Below, in pieces: positions 53,994 to 64,000 of a DNA stretch of 64,000 bases (positions are counted from its first letter, which is position 1; each line of letters begins with the position of its first letter). A program made the position numbers and the translations under genes. The notes beneath the pieces are model-generated. The model was not told where the DNA came from. It searched no databases and worked only from the letters and a program-made list of their open reading frames with translations. The stretch is from Euprymna scolopes (lineage: Eukaryota): NCBI GenBank assembly GCA_053919585.1, contig CM132786.1; one strand, given 5' to 3'.

Positions 53994-55110
53994 ATAAAAC
54001 AAATCTAAGGTGATTTTAGAATTTTATTTACACTAAAATTTTATACTTTACGTAATACAATTCATAAATATGCACCTTTGAAATTGATAAAATTCTTCTT
54101 ATGTTTTTACATTAATTTTAAATGTGTATTTAAAATACATTTTAAACGATTTTCATGCGAATCAAGGAATGTTTTTCTAATTTGTATGCATATATATGTA
54201 CATAATGATAACCATCTGTGAACCGCCCGAATGCCATTGCTTTAGTCTTGTCTATCAAAAATATTGTAGTCATAGAAAACAGCTTATATTTAGTAAAATT
54301 CACAATTCTTTTTCTATAGTCAAACTACGTTAAGTACAGAAAAACGTAAGTCTTTGTTAGGATGTAGACCAATTTTAATCATTAAACTATGCTTTGTCCT
54401 ATGTTTGTGTCGATTTTTGCTGATTGCATTCAAATTATTACTTTTATTTCTGAAATGATAACCATGTATTTTGTAATATATCTACTGTATTTTCTTAGCA
54501 ATTTTAATGCTGTGTCCTGGGATTCAATGAATTATATAAAAAAATATTTTTGGTATAGAATATAAACCTAATAATACGTATCGAAGTATATTTCAATGAA
54601 CAATAAGTTTACTTTAATAAATATAAAACGAAGACATTTTGAATAATTACAACAATCCAATATTTATTAGGATAAAAAATCTTTCATAGGATTAAAAAAA
54701 TCTTTACTAGGATAAAAAATAATTACAATAATCCAATCTTTATTAAGATAAAAATATTCATTATTTAACATTAAGGAAACATCCAGGAATATAAAACGAA
54801 AACATTCTGAATAATTACAACAAGGAATGTAATACATTATAGAATGCCCCTTATGTAATATCTATTAAAAGTTTTTTCAAAGTATCAAAAAAAAACCCTT
54901 ACTTATTTACTGATTAAAGTTTCAGAAGACTGATCAAAATTACACCTAATAAGATGAACAGTTATTATAAATTTAAAAAAAATGAATTACCCGGGTTGCT
55001 TCCTTTGCTATGTATTCATGTGAAAGAAACAACTATATATAATAATCAAATTAAATTATAAAACGCTCTACGTAAACAAAGCTATGTAAAAGTGCATAAA
55101 TATAACTATA

Positions 55111-56880
55111 CGGTGCCCTGAAAAAGTTTACAATACACGTTTGAAACTGTCAGTTTTTGGATTTCTAGCTTCCACGTGGTAATGGAACTCTTTATGAACA
55201 AAAAAATTCATTAAAACTAAGATGAGAACAGTTCGAAAATAAAAAATAACTATTTCACAGAACGCGAAAAGATAACTCAATCATTAGTAACACAAAATTT
55301 ACAACACAGTTACAACATGATATCTAGTATTTTGTAACATAATTATTGTTGTTGATTACAGTATACACAGGTGTTGCGCAATCTCCTACGAACTTCTTGC
55401 ATGTGCATTGTGTTATTTTACTCCATTCTCCCACAGAAATACTCTCCAATTCTCGCAGATTTGAAGGATCTCTTCTATGGAGCCGAACTTTCAATTCTCT
55501 CCAGATATTCTCTATAGGCTTAGGATCGGGAAATTGGCTAGACCAATATAAAACATTCACTTTATATGAATTAAACCAATTTTATTTGTGTTTCGCAGTG
55601 TGTTTTGTATCGTTATCATGTTGAAAGATCCAGCTTGATTTCAGTTTCAGTAACTTCACACTTTCCTTAAGGTTTTTTCTCCAAGATGCTTCTATAACGT
55701 TCTCTAATCATTATTCCTTTTATTATTTCATCTTTTGCTACACCGCCTGCACTAAAAAAACCCAGATCATAATGAATCCTCCTCCAAATTTTACTGCTGG
55801 AATGGTGTATTTTTATGTGTATTCAGTGCTTTTTTTCTCCAAATTTTCGGTGTTTTTGGAGTGACCAACAAATCAATTTCCTCTGACCAAAGCACGTTCT
55901 GCCAAAACTTTAAAGGCTTCCTTGCATACTAATTTTCAAAATCAAGTCTAGCACGAATATGCTTTGGCTTAAGAAGCGGAGTCTTCCTTTCTGATCTTGA
56001 GAAGATGTTATTAAGGTGAAGGGTTCTACTGATTGTGTCCTTGCTAAGTTTAATGTCACTGTTTTATAAGTCCTTCTTAAACTCTTTACGAGTAATTCTA
56101 TGCGAATGCATAACTTACTTTGTTAATAACTTTTCCTCAGGTTTTCTTAGTCTTCGAGGACAACCTGATCTAGCCAAAGGAAGGGGTCATTTGTGAGACA
56201 TCTAGTTACGAATTATTGTTCCAAGAGAATTCAATGGAACCCTCAACTGTTTGGATATTATCCCAATCCAGTTTGTATGAAGACTTACAATTCCTTTTCT
56301 GAGCTTTTCACCAATCTGTTTATTCTTTCCCATGATGTGGTTGCTGACAATATGGTTATAAGATAAAGACTCCGTTGTGCCCACAAGAACGACACGGGAA
56401 AACGCGCCGTAGGTAGTTTACAAATGTATTAAGGAAAGGGATAAGGATATAGACATTAATAAAGAGAATAGTAGTAGATGCAGGAATCAGTAAGATCTCT
56501 CTCCCCCAGGTACACTATCCGATGAGATTTCTCTTCATCGTACCAGCCTTAGGGGCTGATCATATAGGATCTGGATGAATCCTTTTTGCTGTGTGATCCA
56601 ATCTCACAACACTATTGCATATTATTAAACATTCTAGAAGCTTCTAAGTATTTTACCATGATAAACTATCATAAAAGTATTGAGAAATATAATGAACTTG
56701 ATATGTGTTGTAAATTTGGCGGTGCTAATTATGAAGTTTTCTCTTCGGGTTCTGCTGAATTGTTATTTTTTTTAATTTTTCCCACTGTGCATCTCTTAGT
56801 TTCAATACATTGTCTATGTTTATAAAAAGTGTCATTCCAATTTGGATGCTAGAAATACAAGAACTTTCAAATGTGTATTT
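55111..56880 (-). mobile_element. Degraded Tc1-family element with ~200-bp TIRs; transposase pseudogene ~55324-56333
   Basis: MGKNKQIGEKLRKGIVSLH..ISKQLRVP; FWQNVLWS; FQHDNDTKHTA; WSSQFPDPKPIENIWRELK..TKY. TA-cggtgccc left end; 55130-55310 matches the reverse complement of 56700-56880. Confidence 0.92.
56354..56611. mobile_element. Possible solo LTR inserted between the Tc1 ORF and its TIR
   Basis: Ends ggttataagat ... atctcacaaca (8/11 inverted match, CA end); imperfect 4-bp flanks atat/ctat; interrupts the Tc1 5' region. Confidence 0.35.
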
Positions 56881-56884
56881 TTCA

Positions 56885-57880
56885 TTTTATCCCTAATTCT
56901 GTCTCTTTGTTTTATATTTTGTTTATTTTTTCCATATCTCTCGCTGTCATAATCATCCTCTCAGTGTTTTGCATTATGCATTTTCTAATTCTTTTTTGTG
57001 GCACTCACACAGTCTTCTTTACAAATTAGTTCTCTTCCACTGTCATTCTTTTTCAGGTGGAGTTAATCAATATCACCCTTTTGGTGTAATTTATTGTGCA
57101 TGGTCACAGGGTTCCTGGTCTTCTGATCAAGCTGTCTCAGTTCTTCTTTAGTACACTCTATAGACTGTCTACATTATCCTACTAGTGATATTGCCCTTGT
57201 ATGTATACCTTTTATTAGGTTTCTACTATATAATTTAGTGCCCAGGCTATTTCTTGTTCTCATGAGGTATTCGTTTCCAATTCTCTCTTTCATTTCTGTT
57301 GTTTGATTGTGTCCACTTCCATAATTCCCAAGTGCGCCTTGTTCCCTTAGTGCGCTCATCTTCGTTTGCCTTCAATGCATTCTGTCATCTCCAGTTTTTC
57401 CTTTCTTATAACAAGTATTGCGCACCTTTCCATACCGAATTCTATTTGGATATCTTGGCTAAAAGGTTTATTAGTACCTCGTGTTCCTTTTCGGTTCTTA
57501 CAAAAAAGTATTAGATCGCCCATGTACATCAGGTGGTTGATTTTTTGTCTGCGTTGGAGAACGGTTACCTGGTTAGGGATGTTCTCGGTATATTGTTCAG
57601 GGGCATCATTGCTATGATGAACAATAATAGTGAGAGTGAAGCTACATGGAAGATGCGGCTTTGTATGCACATTCCTGTTATCTGCTGTCAACCAGTTGTA
57701 AGTTCGAGTCACCATGTTCCTATCGTATTTTCAATCATGTTCAGGACCCTCTTTGCATTTTATACATTTTTAAGCATTTTGTTTTCCACGCTTGGGGGAT
57801 TCTGTCTTACGGTTTTTTTTTTGTTGTCTATCCATGCTATGGCTAAGTTTTCTCTTCTTCTTCTCTTTCCATCCTTCTAT
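56885..57880 (-). mobile_element. R4/Dong-like non-LTR retrotransposon RT fragment
   Basis: RRENLAIAWIDNKK..DRIPQAW..CLKMYK; QKINHLMYMGDLILF; SQDIQIEFGMERCAILV; EYLMRTRNSLGTKLYSRNLIKGIHT; abuts (TTA)/(TTG) repeats. Confidence 0.8.
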
Positions 57881-57912
57881 TATTATAAATTATTATTATT
57901 ATTATTATTATT

Positions 57913-57948
<36 letters not shown>

Positions 57949-59419
57949 AGTAGTAGTTGTAGTATCTAGCAGGTACATAAACATACTGATGATGGTAATG
58001 TAAGTTTCTATTTTATAATAGTCATGGAAAAACACTCGATATAATATCTCACAGAATTGTTTTCTCATTCTTGGACGGCTCGGCTTATTTACTAGAAAAT
58101 CTTTCATGTTATGTCGATATGAAAACATTGCTGATTTTGAGGCTTAGGTTAACTGTTGTTTGCAAGTTTGCACTTGTAACTGATTTTGCGTGCTCGTAAA
58201 ATTTCCCGCTATTCGGGCCCGAATAGTAATAATTTGTTTAAACATTGAAATGCCCCCTGTCCTATTCAAACTTTCGTATCACTGTGGACTCGAATTAACA
58301 TCATCAAACAGTGTTTTTAATTGTGTCTTTCATACTGTTACCACATACCTCCTTGTAAAACAAATAATTGTAAATTATAACTATTGCTGGATTTATTATT
58401 ATTATTTCATACATTTTAGAAAAGAGTTTAAATCCGTTATTATAATTGTTTGCACATTGACACAAATAAATTATTTTTCTTGCTTACTTAATGACAATCG
58501 AGTTTTCCAGACTTTACGTAGGCTTAAATAACGTATACAGATACCTGTTTGCATCATCGCAATAGTCGTTAAATATTTATATATTTCTACCAACTAACAC
58601 AATGTTTAAGGCACTTTTTTGGGCTGAGGCTAATATGATTCAATAGTCTTTAAACATTATATGAAAGTATAGTTGTTTATTTCTTGTTATGATTATTATT
58701 GGTGTAGTTAATAAATTATCTTATCACTACTATCAGTACTACTGCTACCATTAATACCATTATTTAAACTACTATTGCCAATAATGATGATTATAATAAT
58801 AGCACCAGCAATATCATCAATACAAATGCCTGGCATTATAAAATTAACTAGTAAATAACGGATTGATATAAAATTCTTTTTCTTTAAAGATTCTATGAGA
58901 AAAACAGCTATTCGAAAAAAAAAATTATTCGAGTATTTGGAAATATGCTGTTTTGTTTAATAGTAATTCCTCAATAAAATCAAAACCCGAACGAGGAAAA
59001 CTTAATATTGTCTTTATTCTATCCTAAATTATAGAGCAAATCGATTGGAAAGCCATTGAGAGTTTGACTGTGTCATCTTGCGAAAATCCTCTTCCAATTG
59101 AAATGTAAAGTTCAAAGAACCAGTAAAGCATTCTTAATAACCGCCATTCGTGTATTTACATAATTGCGCATTTTTCCCATTCCAATGTGGATTTCTTCTT
59201 GATAAAAATTGATGGCGTTTCTTATTAAAATCCTTATCTTCTCTTAATTTGATTCTTTTTTTTTGTTCAAAACGCTTATTTGCAACTCAAAGCATTTAAT
59301 CACTTTGTTTACATCTACTCATTTATTTTTTTATTGTCTTTCATAAAATTACAGCCGTTGCCCTTTGAAATATTGGAATCATCCGATTGCCATATCTTGT
59401 AGCTTCTACTGCTTTACAT

Positions 59420-59992
59420 TTTATTTTATAACTCTAAAAGCAAGAATGTGTGTGTGCGTGAGGCCATTTCTAACCCCACGAACTAAACGGTTTCGTTGTC
59501 TACAAACTTTAAATTTGGTTTGTACATCATTCGGATATGTTGTAAACTTGTAAATTTGTTAGTATGCTAAGAGGTAAAAATTGAAACACCAGAACGTCAG
59601 GGTAATCGGATTTAAATCTGTTTGTCAACTGATCAGGAATGCGCATGCGTGAATCGTTTACGTGACAGTTTTGTTTTTGTTAAGAATAACTGCGTTTAAA
59701 ACAGTTTTAAACGTGTCAAAATGGCCTTACTGTTATCGTACTTGATTTGCTGTTTTATGGCTGTGGTTTTTATCCTATCCCGAATATTTTCTTCTTAAAT
59801 GAAGTGAAATATTTAAAAAAAAAAAAACGTAATACTCGTATGCACATGTCTTATTCTCTTTCAGTAAAATAAGTTTACTGTACGTTTTACACCTACGGTA
59901 TTACTCTATATTATAAATAAGAATTCTCCATTAGATAAAATGTAATATTTACACGTATTTTAAGACAAGGCTACGTCGGACAGCCTGCTAGT
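59420..59992 (+). mobile_element. Putative non-autonomous Helitron
   Basis: 5' ..ataactctaaaagcaagaatgtgtgtgtgcg; 3' aggctacgtcggacagcctg-CTAG-t. Confidence 0.45.
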
Positions 59993-62012
59993 ATTTTATA
60001 TATTTCAGGGGTTTCACTTTTAGCATAAAATACGCCTTTATGGTAAAAATAAAAGCCCTATTATGTAGAGAATGAATAATTGTAAATGCACGCTAGTGAG
60101 GAGGATTAGCAGTTTCTATTACATGATTAATACAGACTGCTATTTGTAGTTTTGTTAGTATCTTGATTATTTTACAACTTATTGGTTTCTCTTTAGAATG
60201 TTTCTTTATTTAGTATTTTTTGTTGCGCATTTTGACAAAATAATTCTCTCATAATTAAATGATTACAAGATCTAAAACATATTCAGTTCTACTTGGCAAT
60301 TTATTGAGGGTTTTAAAATCCAATCCTCAGTAAAGAGGATATTAAAATATGTTTCTGGCATTAATCGAAAAATCTATCCTTTAATATTGAGTAATATATA
60401 CCCATTAGATGTCCAGAACACATGTTCTAAATTATGTTGAGGGTTTTTGATAAACTGAACATAATAAGGACACATATATCTACCAAAAAAAAAATGTAGA
60501 AATACATAAAGCAAAATCCATGGAAATGTAGATGACCTGAAACTTCAAACGAACAGATTAGGAAATAATATACGTACGGCATAAATATTGTTTACAAAAG
60601 ACGCGAATATATGCTCACATAAAACTAAAGAAAGCATCATTGACGTTCGGTCATAGCAGTTGCAAAATGAGCAACTAATGGACAGTATTACAAGATCCTG
60701 TATAAGAGATAGCAAAACGAGAAAAAAAAACATACATTAAATCGACTGATGAACTAAATTGAATACAAGAGTTTATGAGTATAACAACTAAATAATAGAG
60801 TTCAAATCAACAATGGACCCTATAATTATTATCTGTAAATTCCATGTTTGAAACACCAACACAACATCCAAGATATACAAGATCTAGCCAGCCAACTGGA
60901 TGCAAGTGATGTAAGTTTACGGTAACAGATTCGTATAATTCAAATATGTTATCATGAATGGGAAACAGCGCTAAAAATTTAAAAAAATCATGTATTCAGA
61001 AAACTAGTATTTGCAATGTTCAGATATAATTAATGTAAAATTGTTTAATTGTGTTGACAGTGAAAGATTAAATTAACACATTTACTGCATTCAAATTAGA
61101 GAATTCAGACAGAACACTTTTTAATATGCTTAATTTCACTCACATTCTAAAAAAAAAAAACGTGTTCCTAACCCTGAAAAAATTAATAACAGTATTACTA
61201 TTACTAATACTATTACAGATAATAATAACTAATAACCAAGGAGGGGTGGTTCTAAAAATAATTAGTGTGAAAATGCGGAGAGTGCTTATACCTTGATAGG
61301 ATTATTGCAAACCAAATTCAAGTTTACACAAATTGTTGCTTCTTACAAGAAATAAACGCTATGTTACTGTTAAAATGAACTAAGCCAATCTGCAATAATT
61401 AGCTGAAACAGATTCAAATGGCAGAAATCTAGGGCAGCCTTTAGTCATCCTATTCAAGGGTTCTTTTCAGTGCCCAATCAAAGGTTATGGCGTGCGAGAA
61501 CCCCTTGTATAAAACTCATAGAATAAATAAATAATGTTGGTTTTGCATTATGTCATGAATTATTCATATACTGCAAAAAAGTATTGAGTATCGCGACTAG
61601 AGAAATGATTAATAATATCACGTGGATTTTACTACGTACTAAGTAGTATACTGAGAGACAATACGTAAAACTATAGAGAGTGGAAATAAAAGTGGCCAGT
61701 AAGGAAATGTCTGCAGATAATTAAATATAACTAAGAAAAAAGGTGGACATACAAAAAATGTACGTAGAGCAAACGAAATTTAAAACGAACAGGATATAAT
61801 GATGAAGATAGTCAGAGACGCAGTTACATAAAATATTTGTATGATTTGCGAACGCGATGCACGAAAACACATAGATATCTTTCGTATGATTTAGCAATGA
61901 AAATTCAACCAGGAATCGCTACAGATCGGCGTATATAATATGTAATAGGGCTTTCTATGTGATAGCTAACACTTCAGGGAACACATACTGTGCATATTTT
62001 CGACAAGTACAC

Positions 62013-63365
62013 TGTTGTAAATCTGTGCTAGCGGCCACAATGAACAAAAGCACAAGTGGTGTCAAGTGTATAAAATATCATATATTTATCATAAAGAATA
62101 CCGGAGCCAAAAGAGTGGTATAAGAGGAGCGTGTTCGTAGTATACGGTTAAACATGGTATGAATGTCTCCATTTAGTCTCTGAAACCAATGGTATTCATA
62201 TAACTTGTTTATTCGACTTAGTTCTGAAATAATGGGAGACTTGTCCCTAACAACACCCCCTCCCGAGCTTTTAATTCCCCTGGAATGAGTGTATAGATCT
62301 TTTTCCTGTGGATGATCTCTATCGGGTCGTTCATGTTCCTTTTTTGGAGGACCGGCGTTGTCCGGCTGCTTCCGGTGTCACCAAGTCGAACGTGCCATAT
62401 ATCTGGTCTACTATCTCTACTTATTCAGCAGGAGATTATCGTTCGTCATTTGTGATACGTTTCTGAATTTGGTTTAAATGATTCTTGTGAGTAAATATTG
62501 GATGTCGATAATGTAGCGCATCCGCCCCATCCTTTTCTGGACTTCTCCTAGTTCCCACGTGGTACTTATTTTTGTGTACCTGGAAAATACCTTTTCACTT
62601 GTTAAATACCTCTTTTTAGGAACTATAGTATTTGGCTGTTTCACCTATTTTAGCAAAAGTTTCTCAAAGACCGATCTAATTTTCCTCGTGAACATTGGCT
62701 CTGCTGGCAACATCTTCGATGGAGTGCTTTCATTTGGCATAATTCAGTAAACTTGTTAAAAGTGTTGTAGCGCCTTTTCTGAAGGTGTTCTTTTCGCCTT
62801 CCTCAGGTGACTACGCACCTCTCTGCCTGACCGTTCGATGGGGGATGATAGATGAACTCGTTATATTGTTAACCTGGAAATCCTCACAGACGCTTTTAAA
62901 ATCTGCTGAAGTGCATTGTATGCCATTGTTTGACACTAGACAATCAACCACACCAAACCTAGCGTCTAATTGGTGAAGAGCAATGATTGTAAAATCCGTC
63001 GTTAGACTTTTACATCGACCTACCTCAGGTCATTTGGAAAAATATCTACCCCTATTAAATAAAAATTTCCATCCAGTGAGCCTTCGTAATGTACGTGTAT
63101 TCTTTGACATGAGATGCCCGCCTAAAGCCAGGGGCTAAATTGTATTGGGAGGCGGTTTTGCAGCCAATGTTCATCCCTTACACGACTTTACCTGCCTTTT
63201 ATATCAGTGTCTATAATCTTCTAGTACGTAAGACCTCGGGAAGCTCTTCATTCTCGTGTCCCCAGGGTATCCCGTATGGAAACCCTTTAGAATTTTCTTT
63301 TATAGTGTAACTGGGAATGCTAAACTTTCTCTGTATAACAGTGCCTTATTGTACATAGAATAAGT
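62013..63365 (-). mobile_element. Gypsy/Ty3 LTR retrotransposon 3' fragment: integrase pseudogene, PPT and 3' LTR (62013-62255)
   Basis: Minus strand: ILKGFHTGYPGDTRMKS..VKSCKG; RIHVHYEG; ARFGVVDCLVSNNGIQCTS; YHPPSNGQAER; PAEPMFTRKIRS. PPT ctcgggaggggg is followed by TGTTGT, and the LTR is bounded by TGTTGT...ACAACA. Confidence 0.9.
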
Positions 63366-64000
63366 GTTACATGATAAGGGCTGTCCCCTTTTCATGTAAG
63401 TATAAAAATGGAGAATTTAGTTTAAAATGAAAATGAAAAAGCATAGGCGAAATTCGAACCTCGTAATCTAGTTTAGAAATAGATTACGTGTGAGAATTTA
63501 AAAATGTAAAACAAAACATTTGTTTAGAAATAGATAAATATTTAAGAAAAGAATGTGAGCTGTCAAGTTTATTATGAATTTTTAAATTGAAAGAATGCAG
63601 CTTATAAGATAATGTTTTAACATATTGAATATTGGTTAAAATTCCTTTTGTAGGAATAGGAAAAGTTTTGGGCACGTATGTCCAGGACACGTGAAAGAAT
63701 GCACATGTTTTAACATGTGTATGACGTCACGGAAAATAGAAAGTTCGAGGGATAGAGAACAACTTTAGAGTTAGATCAGTCAGTGAAGAAACCCGGGGAC
63801 AGTCAGACTCTGGAAGCGAGACGTCACTTCAAGAAAAAAATGTGAGACTTTGAATTCTTGGTAATGGAACGGCCGGTCGTGAAGAATAAACCATCAAGTG
63901 TTTTTTTGTAAAGCTCGTCTTGTGTCTTATGTTTCTTATACAACGGTAAAGTCCAATTGTATTATATATTTGTGTTATATGTATTTACATACACCTCTCA

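Noticed and set aside
54610-54830. Short local direct repeats (aatataaaacgaa.acatt.tgaataattacaacaa; aggataaaaaatcttt)
   Set aside because: Ordinary slippage-type duplications in AT-rich DNA with no further structure.

Overview
AT-rich eukaryotic (invertebrate metazoan-like) genomic DNA with many (TA)n/(AAT)n microsatellites, 17 short N-runs and no recognisable intact host gene. The window is mostly transposon relics: an AcademX DNA transposon (1-2290), a cecropia/Hsmar1-like mariner, a Tc1 with long TIRs, two CR1-group LINE 3' ends, an R4/Dong-like RT fragment, a Gypsy integrase with its LTR, several non-autonomous Helitron termini, a 5S-rRNA-derived SINE-like element, and two Penelope-like elements (PLEs; RT plus GIY-YIG). 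A ~2.3 kb tandem duplication lies at 43005-47982. The most notable signal is RNA-level. Five hammerhead ribozyme (HHR) motifs from four unrelated sequence families are present, and each family abuts (TA)n. Two sit in the ~0.85 kb inverted pLTR arms of a PLE. One sits at the apex of a 216-bp rod-like hairpin (14955-15170) that resembles a retrozyme or viroid-like mini-element. All calls come from reading and translating by eye; no database searches were run.
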